Of a DNA stretch of 52,033 nt, positions 29,592 through 38,992 are shown piece by piece (position 1 is the first letter of the stretch; the number at the start of each line of letters is the position of its first letter). Origin of the DNA: Desulfuromonadales bacterium (lineage in GTDB: Bacteria; Desulfobacterota; Desulfuromonadia; Desulfuromonadales; Syntrophotaleaceae); NCBI GenBank assembly GCA_030613545.1, contig JAUWLU010000001.1:1-52033 (forward strand), written 5' to 3'. The notes under the pieces are model-generated. The model did not search any database, was not told the origin of the DNA, and saw nothing but the letters and a program-made list of their open reading frames with translations. A program made the translations under genes and the position numbers.

Positions 29592-32126
29592 TCAATCGGC
29601 CGTCGATAGTTCGGCCAGAAAACTAGCCATGCCGGGCAGGACTTGCTCCGCCGGCCCGGTCAACAGGCGGGCATCGGGCAGGGAGCGGAGAAAGATGCGG
29701 CCGTAGCCCTTCTTGACCACCCGGCTATCGAGAATCAGTACCACCCCCCGGTCGTTGCGGTGGCGAATCAGCCGGCCAAAGCCCTGCTTGAACTTGATCA
29801 CCGCCTGGGGCACCGTGTAGCTCATGAAGGGATCGCCGCCGGCCTTCTCGATGGCTTCGGCCCGCGCTTCGAGCACCGGTTCGGTAGGCACCTTGAAGGG
29901 CAGGCGAGTAATGATAACCTGCTCCAGGGCCCGCCCAGGCACATCGACTCCTTCCCAGAAGGAATCGGTGCCGAACAGCACGCTGGTGGCATCGCCGGCA
30001 AAGGTCTTCAGCAGCCGATGGCGGTTTTCCTCCCCCTGGCGCAGGCAGCGATAACCACGGGCCTCAAGCACCGGGGCCAGTTCGCCATGGACCCTGCGCA
30101 ACAGGGAATAGGCGGTAAACAACACAAAGGAGCGGCCGTCAGCGGCGACGATCGCCCGTTCGCTGAGGTCACGCACCATTTCGCTGTAGCCACCGCGGCC
30201 CGGTTCGGGCACATCGGTGGGCACCACCACCAGGGCCTGGCGAGCAAAATCGAAGGGCGACTGCAGCAGCAGTTCGGCAACCCGGGTCGGCTCGGCCCGG
30301 TCGATACCGACCCGTTCCTTGAAATAGGCGAAGGAGTCGGCCACGGCCAGGGTGGCACTGGTCATGACCACGGTACGGAACCGGTCGTAGAGGGCCAGAT
30401 TGAGACGCTCCGCCACCGCCAGGGGCGCGGTGCAGAGGCGAGTGACGACGCCCTGACCGCGACCGATGCGACCCATTTTGACCTCGAACCAACCGCAGGT
30501 CGAATCGTCGGTGGCGATAAAACCACTCAGGTCGGCGGCGATGCCGCCGAGGCGGCCGACCACGCCCCGTAGATCGGTCAAGGGGGAGGTCAGCTTCTCG
30601 GCGGCGGGCTCGGGCAGGGCTTCGCACTCCTTGAGCAGCGCCGCTACTCCCTTGGCCAGATCTTCCGTTTGCCGACTCAGCTGACGGACTCGGTCGCTGA
30701 CCGAAGTCCAGAAGGCGCTGCCGGTCAGTTTCGGCACCAGACGCTGCTTCAGGTCCTCCCGCTCGCCGATTTGCTGCTGCAGATGCTCGGCCAGATCGCG
30801 GCCGATATCCTCCAGGTCGGCAACGGCCCGGTCGAACAGCTGCTGACGGTCGGCAACCAAGGTTTCAATCCGCTCATGCAGACGCCGGTAGAGGGCATCC
30901 TCGCTGTCCGGCAGCTCTGCGGACAGCTTGGCCAGAAAACGGGGCAGCAGACCCCGCTCGGCCTTGCGCGGATGGCGCAGACGATTGAGTACGCGGGCGA
31001 AGGCGAAGCGGGTCACCTGGGTGGAGAAATAGCGGGTGGCTACGTCCTCCAGATGATGGGCCTCGTCGAGGATCACCCGATCAAAGGGCGGCAGAACCGC
31101 GGTGGCCGTGTAGTTATCGGTCTGCAGGCGCAGGGCCAGATCGGACAGCAGCAGGGCGTGATTGACCACCAGCAGATCGGCCTGAGCCGCCTGACGGCGA
31201 GCCTTATGAAAGAAACAGTCGCCATAGTAAGCACAACGAACCCGGGCGCACTGGTCGGGTTCGCAACAGACCTCCTCCCACACCTGGCTGCGAGGGACGA
31301 AGGACAGCTCCTCTTTGGAACCATCGCTGGTCTGTTCGGCCCAGGCGAGCAGGCTGTTGAACTCGCCGGTCAGCTCGTCATCGAACAGCCCCGGCTCGAG
31401 GTGGGCCGTTTCGGTCCGGCGGCGGCACAGGTAGTTGCTTCGCCCTTTGACCAGCACCGCACGAAAGCGCAGCCCCGTGGCCCGTTGCAAAAAGGGCAGA
31501 TCCTTGCGAATCAGCTGTTCCTGCAGGTTGATGGTGTTGGTCGAGACCACCACCCGCTCTTCGTTGGCCAGGGCCCAGAGCAGGGCCGGCAGCAGATAGG
31601 CCAGGCTCTTGCCGGTACCGGTACCGGCTTCGATGGTGGTCAGCTGGCCGCGGTTGAAGGCCTCGCCGACAGCGAAGGCCATGCGCAGCTGTTCGGGGCG
31701 CTCTTCGTAGCCGGCCAGGCTGCTGGCCACCACCCCGCCGGGGCCGAGCAGTTCGGCGATGCGCTGTGGATCGACGTGCTGCTCCAGGCGCGGAGCAAAG
31801 GGCTCCACCACCTTATACACAGTTTCCACAGGGTTATCCACAATATAGAAAGCGACCCCGAGAGACCCCAGTCGAGCAGCAATCTCCACATCGGCGGCAG
31901 AAGGCTGCAGCTGGCCGCCGGGATGGTTATGAATAACCACATCGCCGAAGCGGCAGGCCTGCAAAACGGCCGGTACCGCCTCGGCATTGCCCCGGGCCAG
32001 CACCTCGACCTCGACCAGGCACAATTCGCTGTCGGTGTGGCCGAGAAAGAAGACCTCGTTGCCGTGGGCGGCTCCAATGGCCCGGCGCATCTGCTCGGCG
32101 GCCTGGGGGTGTATAACCTGATCCAT
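29592..32126 (-). CDS. DinG/YoaA-family Fe-S helicase with N-terminal JAB/MPN (RadC-like) domain
   Basis: EAGTGTGKS, KGRSNYLC, Fe-S cysteines, DEAHH, SATL, SFWEGVD, QGFGRLIR; N-terminal E..HNHPGG...PS..D. Confidence 0.9.
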   Translation of the reverse strand: MDQVIHPQAAEQMRRAIGAAHGNEVFFLGHTDSELCLVEVEVLARGNAEAVPAVLQACRFGDVVIHNHPGGQLQPSAADVEIAARLGSLGVAFYIVDNPVETVYKVVEPFAPRLEQHVDPQRIAELLGPGGVVASSLAGYEERPEQLRMAFAVGEAFNRGQLTTIEAGTGTGKSLAYLLPALLWALANEERVVVSTNTINLQEQLIRKDLPFLQRATGLRFRAVLVKGRSNYLCRRRTETAHLEPGLFDDELTGEFNSLLAWAEQTSDGSKEELSFVPRSQVWEEVCCEPDQCARVRCAYYGDCFFHKARRQAAQADLLVVNHALLLSDLALRLQTDNYTATAVLPPFDRVILDEAHHLEDVATRYFSTQVTRFAFARVLNRLRHPRKAERGLLPRFLAKLSAELPDSEDALYRRLHERIETLVADRQQLFDRAVADLEDIGRDLAEHLQQQIGEREDLKQRLVPKLTGSAFWTSVSDRVRQLSRQTEDLAKGVAALLKECEALPEPAAEKLTSPLTDLRGVVGRLGGIAADLSGFIATDDSTCGWFEVKMGRIGRGQGVVTRLCTAPLAVAERLNLALYDRFRTVVMTSATLAVADSFAYFKERVGIDRAEPTRVAELLLQSPFDFARQALVVVPTDVPEPGRGGYSEMVRDLSERAIVAADGRSFVLFTAYSLLRRVHGELAPVLEARGYRCLRQGEENRHRLLKTFAGDATSVLFGTDSFWEGVDVPGRALEQVIITRLPFKVPTEPVLEARAEAIEKAGGDPFMSYTVPQAVIKFKQGFGRLIRHRNDRGVVLILDSRVVKKGYGRIFLRSLPDARLLTGPAEQVLPGMASFLAELSTAD
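31813..31842 (+). promoter_or_regulatory. cluster of three tandem DnaA boxes inside the helicase CDS
   Basis: TTATACACA GTTTCCACA GGG TTATCCACA (two perfect TTWTNCACA, one with 1 mismatch). Confidence 0.7.
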
Positions 32127-32220
32127 GAAGTGTCCGTTCCTCTGCTCGAAAGGCGCCATTATAGGGAATGTGCGGGCAAAAGAAAAGCACCAGACGGCAA
32201 AGGCCTCGCGCGACAGGCGA

Positions 32221-32248
32221 TTGACAGACCAGGGAGAAATGATAACTT
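32221..32248 (+). promoter_or_regulatory. sigma70-like promoter of the DoxX gene
   Basis: TTGACA-16-TAACTT with upstream TG (extended -10). Confidence 0.55.
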
Positions 32249-32298
32249 AATTAACAGCAAGCTATGTTTTCTGTTCGATCTGGCTCAAGGAGGATTTC

Positions 32299-32742
32299 AT
32301 GCTGAAAAAACTGCTGTCCACCCCTAACGATCTCGCGTTGCTGATCCTGCGTCTGGTCCTCGGCGGGGTCTTTTTTATCCACGGGGCACAAAAGGCCCTC
32401 GGCTGGTTCGGCGGCCACGGCCTGTCCGATACCCTTAATTTTTTCACCCAGAACATGGGCTTGTCGATGCTGGTAGCGGTGCTGGTGGTGGCTGCAGAGT
32501 TTCTCGGCGCCATCGGCCTGATCGTCGGCTTTCTGACCCGCCTCGCCGCCGCCGGCATCTTCGCGGTGATGGTCGGGGCCATTGCCATGGTCCATCTGAC
32601 CAACGGCTTTTTTATGAACTGGTCCGGCGCTCAGGCGGGCGAAGGCTTTGAATATCACCTGCTGGCCATCGCCATCTCCCTGGCTCTGGTGCTCGGTGGC
32701 GGCGGAATGGCCGCCGTCGACCGGTTGCTGTCCCGCAACTAA
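32299..32742 (+). CDS. DoxX family membrane protein
   Basis: LRLVLG..F..HGAQK..GWFGGHG, GFLTR, GFFMNW, GEGFEYHLL. Confidence 0.92.
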   Translation: MLKKLLSTPNDLALLILRLVLGGVFFIHGAQKALGWFGGHGLSDTLNFFTQNMGLSMLVAVLVVAAEFLGAIGLIVGFLTRLAAAGIFAVMVGAIAMVHLTNGFFMNWSGAQAGEGFEYHLLAIAISLALVLGGGGMAAVDRLLSRN

Positions 32743-32759
32743 TCGGTCCTGGAGACACT

Positions 32760-32810
32760 AAAAAACGCAACCCCGTGGCCGCCTGCGGTTTCACGGGGTT
32801 GCGACGTTTT
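32760..32810. terminator. intrinsic terminator after the DoxX gene
   Basis: CGCAACCCCGTG..CACGGGGTTGCG flanked by A and T runs. Confidence 0.7.
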
Positions 32811-32828
32811 ATAAGGAACCTGGCGCCC

Positions 32829-32857
32829 TTGACGAATCGGCCCATGCCGCCTACTAT
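32829..32857 (+). promoter_or_regulatory. sigma70 promoter of the IscU-like gene
   Basis: TTGACG-17-TACTAT. Confidence 0.7.
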
Positions 32858-32902
32858 CGATGGGAACGCTGAATTCAACCTGTTGCTGTCACCGAGGAAG
32901 CC

Positions 32903-33292
32903 ATGTACAGCCCTGCCGTCATCGAACATTTCACCAATCCACGCAATATCGGTTACATCGAAGATGCCACGGTAGCGGTGCAATACGGCGAACCCTCCTG
33001 TGGCGACTGCCTACTGGTCTTTCTCAAGATCGACAACGATATCCTTCGAGAAATGAAATACAAGGTGCTGGGCTGTGCCGCGGCCATCGCCACCGCCTCC
33101 ATGACCAGCGTTCTGGCCACCGACCGTAGCGTGGCAGAGGCCCTGGAGCTCACCGAAAGCGAAGTTGCCGAGGCTCTGGGGGGCCTGCCACCGGACAAGA
33201 TGCATTGCTCCAATCTGGCCGTCGGCGCCCTGAAGGCGGCATTGCGGGTCTATCTCAGCCGCCAGGAACAGGCGGCTGAGCAGTCATCCTGA
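32903..33292 (+). CDS. IscU/NifU-N family Fe-S scaffold protein (stand-alone)
   Basis: YS..VIEHF.NPRNIG, CGD, GCAAAIA, LPPDKMHCS. Confidence 0.92.
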   Translation: MYSPAVIEHFTNPRNIGYIEDATVAVQYGEPSCGDCLLVFLKIDNDILREMKYKVLGCAAAIATASMTSVLATDRSVAEALELTESEVAEALGGLPPDKMHCSNLAVGALKAALRVYLSRQEQAAEQSS

Positions 33293-33307
33293 AGATTTTA
33301 CCGGTGG

Positions 33308-34213
33308 TCAGCGAGGCGAAGTCGCCAGCTGTTGACGGATGGCTGCGGCAAAGGGCCGCGGTTCGATGCCGAAGGTGTCCGTCCAGTGCCGCGGATCGCA
33401 GACATTGCCGGCCAGAAGCATGGTCAGCTGGTCGCTGGTCAGGGGAAAGCCCGGCAGGGTCTGCAGGCTGGCTATCAGCGGCCTGACCAGCAAGAGGGGA
33501 TGGTGAGCCTTGCGCACCCGGCGGCAACCCAAGGCACTGCCGATCCGGTCGAGAAGTTCATTGAAGGTGTAGCTGTCCCGCCCGCAAACATGGTAAACCT
33601 GCTGTTCGCTAGCCGGTAATTGCAGGGCCGCAACGAAACCGGCGGCCACGTCTTCCACCGCCACCGGCGCGATGCGGTAACGACCGTCGCCGATCACCGG
33701 CACCACCGGCAGGCGCCGGATCAGCTCCGCCAGCCGGTTACAGAAATCGTCTTCCGCACCGAAGATCACCGAGGGGCGAAAGATCGTCCAGCGCAGGCCG
33801 CTGCGGCGCAGGACCTGTTCGGCCTGCCATTTGCTGCGGTAGTAGTCGGTTGCAGCATCTTCTTTGACGCCGTTGCTGCTCATGTGCACAAAGCGCACGA
33901 TCCGCTGCGTCTCGGCAGCCGCCACCATGTTGGCCGTGCCCTGCCGGTGCAGCCGGTCGAAGGTTTGGCCGCGGGCCGCTAACTCGCGGATGATTCCGAC
34001 CAGATGGATCACCGCCTGACAGCCCCGCAGGGCCCCGTCCAGCGAGGCCGGCGCGGTGACGTCGCCCAAACGCGCGGTCAATCCCTGGCAGTCCGGCAGC
34101 TTCCCTTCCGAGCCGGGCCGCACCAGGCAGACAGGCTCATGACCGGCCGCCACCAGCTGTTGGACCAGTTCGCGACCGACAAAGCCGGTGCCCCCGGTGA
34201 CAAAGACCTTCAT
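33308..34213 (-). CDS. NAD-dependent epimerase/dehydratase (NDUFA9-like SDR)
   Basis: VTGGTGFVG, HLVGII, YYRSK, RPSVIFG. Confidence 0.88.
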   Translation of the reverse strand: MKVFVTGGTGFVGRELVQQLVAAGHEPVCLVRPGSEGKLPDCQGLTARLGDVTAPASLDGALRGCQAVIHLVGIIRELAARGQTFDRLHRQGTANMVAAAETQRIVRFVHMSSNGVKEDAATDYYRSKWQAEQVLRRSGLRWTIFRPSVIFGAEDDFCNRLAELIRRLPVVPVIGDGRYRIAPVAVEDVAAGFVAALQLPASEQQVYHVCGRDSYTFNELLDRIGSALGCRRVRKAHHPLLLVRPLIASLQTLPGFPLTSDQLTMLLAGNVCDPRHWTDTFGIEPRPFAAAIRQQLATSPR

Positions 34214-34289
34214 GACCGGCCCCCTTTGCCTGGCAGATTGCTGAAAAATCCCTCCATGGGCTCCGCAGGCGGTATTCAACAGCCTGCTA

Positions 34290-35732
34290 TCAGCCTTTGA
34301 TCACCGCCAGCGGCCGCATCCGGGCGACGATGCGTCCGAGGCCGGCCTGCTGCACCACCCCGACCACCTCCATGACATCCTTATAGGCCTCGGAAATCTC
34401 TTCGGCGACCGTAGCCCGGCCGGCGGCACGCAGAACGATCCCCCGCGCAGCCAGTTCGCCGATGATGTTGCGGCCGCGAGCGACTTTTTTGGCCGCATGG
34501 CGGGACAGTACCCGCCCGGCCCCATGACAGATCGAACCGAAGGTTTCGCTCATGGCGCCGGCGGTGCCGACTAGCACATAGGAGTAGCGCCCCATGTCGC
34601 CGGGAATCAGCACCGGCTGGCCGATCTGCCGGTAGCAGGCGGGGATTTCGGGATGGCCGGGGGGGAAGGCCCGGGTCGCCCCTTTGCGATGCACGCAGAG
34701 ACGCCGCCGGCGGCCTTCGAATTCGTGCTGTTCCCACTTGGCGATGTTGTGACAGACATCGTAGATAAGGGACAGCTGCAAGGCGCCGGCACTCGCGCCC
34801 AGCACCTGCTCGAAGGATTGCCGTACCCATGCGGTGATCAGCTGCCGGTTGGCGAAAGCGAAGTTGGCCGCGCAGGCCATGGCCGCCAGGTACTGGCGGC
34901 CCTCGGGGCTGCCCAGAGGGGCGCAGCAGAGTTGGCGATCGGGCAGGGCGATGCCGTATTTTCTGGCCGCCCGCAGCATCACCCGCAGATAATCGTCGCA
35001 GACCTGATAGCCAAGGCCGCGGCTGCCGGTATGGATGGTCACAGTGACCTGGCCGGGGAACAGGCCGAGCACCTCGGCGGCGGCCGGGTCGCTGATCTCC
35101 TCGACCTGCTGGACCTCGATGAAATGATTGCCGCTGCCCAGGGTTCCGAGCTGGTTGCGGCCACGCTCCAGGGCCCGATCGGAAAGCAGTTCCGGATCGG
35201 CCCCCTCTATGCAGCCGCCGGCCTCGATATGGCGCAGATCCTCGGCAGTGCCCAGGCCGCGCTCTACCACCCAGCGGGCCCCCTGCTGCAGGACCCGGCG
35301 CTCTTCGGCCAGGGTCAGCTTGAGGTCGCGACGGTGTGAACCGACCCCGGAAGGGACGTTGCGAAACAGGGTGTCAGCCAGGGCCTGAAGGTGCGGCCGC
35401 ACATCGGTCACCGCCAAATTGGAACGCATCAACCGCACCCCGCAGTTGATATCGTAGCCGACCCCGCCGGGGGAAACTACCCCCGTTTCGGCATCGAAGG
35501 CGGCCACGCCGCCGATGGGAAACCCGTAGCCCCAGTGGATGTCGGGCATGGCCAGGGAGGGGCCGACGATGCCGGGCAGGGTGGCGACGTTGCGTACCTG
35601 CTCGAGAGCGTGCTCCTGCTGCAGCACTTTCATCATCTGCTGGCTGGCGAAGATCAGCCCATCGGTGCGCATGGCCCCTTCGCGAGGGATGCGCCAGCGA
35701 CACTCGTCGATTTGCTCTACCTTGATAGCCAT
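34290..35732 (-). CDS. rtcB: RtcB family RNA ligase (long, archease-associated type)
   Basis: MPDIHWGYGFPIG, GYDINCG, GSGNHF, HTGSRG, HNIAK, HRKGAT, HGAGR, EAYK. Confidence 0.95.
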   Translation of the reverse strand: MAIKVEQIDECRWRIPREGAMRTDGLIFASQQMMKVLQQEHALEQVRNVATLPGIVGPSLAMPDIHWGYGFPIGGVAAFDAETGVVSPGGVGYDINCGVRLMRSNLAVTDVRPHLQALADTLFRNVPSGVGSHRRDLKLTLAEERRVLQQGARWVVERGLGTAEDLRHIEAGGCIEGADPELLSDRALERGRNQLGTLGSGNHFIEVQQVEEISDPAAAEVLGLFPGQVTVTIHTGSRGLGYQVCDDYLRVMLRAARKYGIALPDRQLCCAPLGSPEGRQYLAAMACAANFAFANRQLITAWVRQSFEQVLGASAGALQLSLIYDVCHNIAKWEQHEFEGRRRRLCVHRKGATRAFPPGHPEIPACYRQIGQPVLIPGDMGRYSYVLVGTAGAMSETFGSICHGAGRVLSRHAAKKVARGRNIIGELAARGIVLRAAGRATVAEEISEAYKDVMEVVGVVQQAGLGRIVARMRPLAVIKG

Positions 35733-35753
35733 CCGATTCTCGCTCCCGCCAGG

Positions 35754-36203
35754 TTACAGATCGAGATAAATCCGCGCCTGCCAGCCTCCATCCTGCCGGC
35801 GGACGCTAAGGCGGTGATAGGTTACCGCCTTGACCTCACGCAGGGGTCTGAGCCCCTCACGCTGATATTCGCCAACCACCGAGCCCCGCAATCGTTGGCG
35901 GTCGATCTTTTCAATGTGAAAAAGAGCGGGGCAAAAGCCCCGCTGCTCTACCATGAACAAAATCTCCCCCAACCAGGCCACCAGCAATTCTTCCCTGTCG
36001 CCGGCCTCCAGCTCCAGTTCCTGCTGCTGCCGGGGCTCGGCTGAACAAGGCCGGCCGAAAAGAATCTCCTGCAGTCCTTGGGCAGCGCAAACAAAGAGGG
36101 CATCGAGGGTAGCAGCCCAAGCCTCGATGCCCATGTCGGCGGTATGTTCCAACAACCGATAACCGCCCTTGACCGCGCCTTGCGGCCGGAGCGGTTCAGG
36201 CAT
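35754..36203 (-). CDS. archease
   Basis: LEHTADMGI, VKAVTYH, C-terminal YLDL. Confidence 0.93.
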   Translation of the reverse strand: MPEPLRPQGAVKGGYRLLEHTADMGIEAWAATLDALFVCAAQGLQEILFGRPCSAEPRQQQELELEAGDREELLVAWLGEILFMVEQRGFCPALFHIEKIDRQRLRGSVVGEYQREGLRPLREVKAVTYHRLSVRRQDGGWQARIYLDL

Positions 36204-36714
36204 CTCGCCGCCACTCGACCCGGCAGACCGCATGATCATCGGCCCAAGTGACCTTGATTTCACCCTGATGAGCCTTGTGTAGCGCCCGTCCCAGATGTTC
36301 AGCGAGCTTTTCTTCGGTGGTTTCGATGAGCATATCGTCCGCCGACCGCTCCATACTGATGATCCGCCCCAGGGGATTCTTGGCCATAGCCTTGTGCTCT
36401 TCGTTGCGAATCATATTGCGAATTTCCGCTTCGTGCTGCCACAGATAAGTCCCCTGCAGGGTGACGAACCCTTCGGCATAACCGTCCTTGATCTTGCGGC
36501 AGGCGGGGCAGACCACCTGCTTGGCGGCAGCGCTGCGCTGCAATTGGGCCGCCTCCTCGGCATCGATAAACCAACGCTTTTTGCGATAGACGGCTCCACA
36601 TTCCGAACAGAGGGCAGGTTCCGGCAAACCGGCTTGGTCAAGATAAGGATCCTTGCTCGTATTGACGCGCCCCCGCTTGTCGCTGGTACCAAACTTTCTT
36701 GGGTCTTTTTGCAT
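36196..36714 (-). CDS. BCAM0308-family Zn-ribbon protein
   Basis: DPY, CSECGAVY..KRW, CPAC, NPL.RI, TT.EKLA..LGRAL..AH.G pattern; GGGAGG RBS. Confidence 0.75.
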   Translation of the reverse strand: MQKDPRKFGTSDKRGRVNTSKDPYLDQAGLPEPALCSECGAVYRKKRWFIDAEEAAQLQRSAAAKQVVCPACRKIKDGYAEGFVTLQGTYLWQHEAEIRNMIRNEEHKAMAKNPLGRIISMERSADDMLIETTEEKLAEHLGRALHKAHQGEIKVTWADDHAVCRVEWRRDA

Positions 36715-36753
36715 ACTTGCCTCCCTATTTCGCTGTCCACGGGCTCTCATTCG

Positions 36754-36762
36754 AGTATAGCA
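36754..36762 (-). promoter_or_regulatory. extended -10 promoter for the Zn-ribbon/archease/rtcB unit
   Basis: TGcTATACT about 40 nt upstream of the ATG. Confidence 0.5.
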
Positions 36763-36789
36763 CCATCTATGGGCGAATGTAGGCAAGCC

Positions 36790-37401
36790 TCACAGGCAGC
36801 GAAGCACGGCCCGACAGGGAGCGCCGTCGCGGCTGGCAAGCTTCAGGGGCAGGCAGATCAGTTCGTAGCTGCTGGCGGGCACTCGGCTCAGGTCGAGCCC
36901 TTCGAGAACCATCAGGCCTCCTTCCAGCAACAATCGATGAACGTGTCCATCGCCCGTTGCCGCCTCGATGGACAGGTAGTCGATGCCGACCAGCTTGATG
37001 CCCTGCGCAATCAGCCAGGCCGCGCCATCCGCAGTCAGAGCCTGATAGTCAGCACAAAATTCCTGTTCCTGCCAGAGACGGGAGTTGCCGGTACGAAGCA
37101 AAAGTCGCTGCACGGACGGGGCCGGTTGGCGGGCCAGCAGCGCCGCGTCGATGGGACCTCGATGCCCGCTCAGGTCCCAGACATGGCAGGGGCCGATCAG
37201 GCGTTCCAGGGGCAGTTCCGCCACGGTCGGTCCGGCCAGACCGAGATGCCCCGGCAGATCGATGTGGGTGCCGCTGTGGCTACCGAAAGACAGGGAGGTG
37301 ACGACGAAAGGCTTTGCGGAGGGGGTCAGGATCAAGGGCGGATCGCCCGGATAGGTCGGCAGGGCTTCGGTCAGGGAGACGCTGATATCGTACAGGTCCA
37401 T
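36790..37401 (-). CDS. cyclase family (kynurenine formamidase-like) metal hydrolase
   Basis: HSGTHIDLPGH, GIDYLS, VH..LL, DGAPCRA. Confidence 0.9.
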   Translation of the reverse strand: MDLYDISVSLTEALPTYPGDPPLILTPSAKPFVVTSLSFGSHSGTHIDLPGHLGLAGPTVAELPLERLIGPCHVWDLSGHRGPIDAALLARQPAPSVQRLLLRTGNSRLWQEQEFCADYQALTADGAAWLIAQGIKLVGIDYLSIEAATGDGHVHRLLLEGGLMVLEGLDLSRVPASSYELICLPLKLASRDGAPCRAVLRCL

Positions 37402-37500
37402 CGCGCTGCTCCTCGTCTTCGGTCTCAGAACGGATTAACTCAGGGGAGAGAGGCTTTGAACCATCCGTTATCGCTGAGGTACAGGGTTGCTCAGAGCAAT

Positions 37501-37537
37501 AAAAACGGGGTGAACCCTGTTGCGGATTCACCCCGTT
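37501..37537 (-). terminator. intrinsic terminator of the F0 atp operon
   Basis: AACGGGGTGAA..TTCACCCCGTT followed by a T run on the minus strand. Confidence 0.8.
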
Positions 37538-37559
37538 ATCTTCCTGTTGGTCAACGCTG

Positions 37560-37826
37560 TTAGTGTGCGGCGGCGCCCACCACATACTGGGTGAAGGGGT
37601 TGGCGAACAGCAGAATCATGGCCACAACGAAGACGTAGATGGCCAGGGACTCGATCATCGCCAGACCGATCAGCATCGTGGTCAGGATCTTGCCGCTGGC
37701 GCCGGGGTTGCGGGCCACGCCTTCCAGGGCGCTCTTGAGGGCCATCCCCTGGCTGAGGCTGGTAGGAACGACACCGAACGCCATGCCGAATCCGGCGGTA
37801 ATTACGCACCAAGTAAAGTAATCCAT
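37560..37826 (-). CDS. atpE: ATP synthase F0 subunit c
   Basis: ARNP loop, [12 protein letters not shown]. Confidence 0.95.
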   Translation of the reverse strand: MDYFTWCVITAGFGMAFGVVPTSLSQGMALKSALEGVARNPGASGKILTTMLIGLAMIESLAIYVFVVAMILLFANPFTQYVVGAAAH

Positions 37827-37904
37827 GTTTGCTACTCCTTTTTAATAATGTGACAACATTGTTGCTCCGGCCCGCTCACGGACCTTCAACATTCCCTGCG
37901 AAAA

Positions 37905-38609
37905 TCAATGGGCTTCTTCCAGGGCACCGGCAAAATAGATCATGGACAGCAAGGTAAAGACAAAGGCCTGGATAAAGGCGACCAATATCCCCATCAACAT
38001 CATCGGGATCGGCACCAACACTGGCGCCAGGGACAGAAAGATCATCAGCACGATCTCATGGCCGTACATATTGCCGAACAGGCGCAATGTGAGGGAGAGG
38101 GGTCTGGCGAGATGGCCGATGATCTCGATGGGCAACATCAAGGGCACCAGCCACCAGATGGGGCCGGTAAATTGTTTAATATAAGACAGGCCGTGTTCTT
38201 TCAGGCCGATGGCGTGGGTCATGACGAACACCGACAGGGCCAAGGCCGCATTGGTGTTGAGGTTGGCGGTCGGCGGCATGAAGCCGGGGACCAGGGCGAT
38301 CAGGTTGGAAACGAGGATGAACAGCGCCAGGGTGGCGATCATCGGAAAGTAGGCCCGCCCTTTGGCACCCATGGTTTCGCCTATGAGCCGCTCGATCTGC
38401 TCGAGCACCACTTCCATGAAGTTCTGCAGCCCCTCGGGGTGTTTCTGCAGACGCCTGGAAGCGAGAAAGCCGGCCAGGATCAGGATCGCCATGGTCGCCC
38501 AGGCATAGGTGACATGGTTGAAATAGCCGTAGTCGGCGAGTTGCTCCGGGGTGTAACCGAATTTCAGTTTTTCAACCAGCCACTGTAAAAACAAAAAGGG
38601 ATGTGTCAT
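37905..38609 (-). CDS. atpB: ATP synthase F0 subunit a
   Basis: [29 protein letters not shown]. Confidence 0.95.
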   Translation of the reverse strand: MTHPFLFLQWLVEKLKFGYTPEQLADYGYFNHVTYAWATMAILILAGFLASRRLQKHPEGLQNFMEVVLEQIERLIGETMGAKGRAYFPMIATLALFILVSNLIALVPGFMPPTANLNTNAALALSVFVMTHAIGLKEHGLSYIKQFTGPIWWLVPLMLPIEIIGHLARPLSLTLRLFGNMYGHEIVLMIFLSLAPVLVPIPMMLMGILVAFIQAFVFTLLSMIYFAGALEEAH

Positions 38610-38992
38610 GATATACAAATCCTGCCTTTGATAATTCGTTCCAGGGCCAACCCCATAATGTTTAACACCACAACCGAAAGGCCGACCGCCAAGGCCGGCG
38701 GAGACAGCCGGGCCGGGCCGATCAACAGAAACAGAGCCGCCGCCAGTACCAGCAGTCGCAACAGCACTGTGAACTGGTAGCCCCGCGCCTTTTGCTCTCC
38801 GGCACCTGCCAGCAACTTGGCCAGCGACCAGCGCAGCCAGTAAAAACCACCGATGGAGACCAGTCCACCTGCGGCGACACCGAAAAAGACCGCCTGGGAA
38901 CGCCACAGCAGGCTGGCAACCGTCAGCCCGGCCCACAGTAGCCAGTTGCGCCGGCAGATCTTGGCCGGCAAAAGATCATCAGCTTCCGGCAT
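38606..38992 (-). CDS. atpI: ATP synthase subunit I
   Basis: Four-TM hydrophobic protein immediately upstream of atpB. Confidence 0.75.
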   Translation of the reverse strand: MPEADDLLPAKICRRNWLLWAGLTVASLLWRSQAVFFGVAAGGLVSIGGFYWLRWSLAKLLAGAGEQKARGYQFTVLLRLLVLAAALFLLIGPARLSPPALAVGLSVVVLNIMGLALERIIKGRICIS

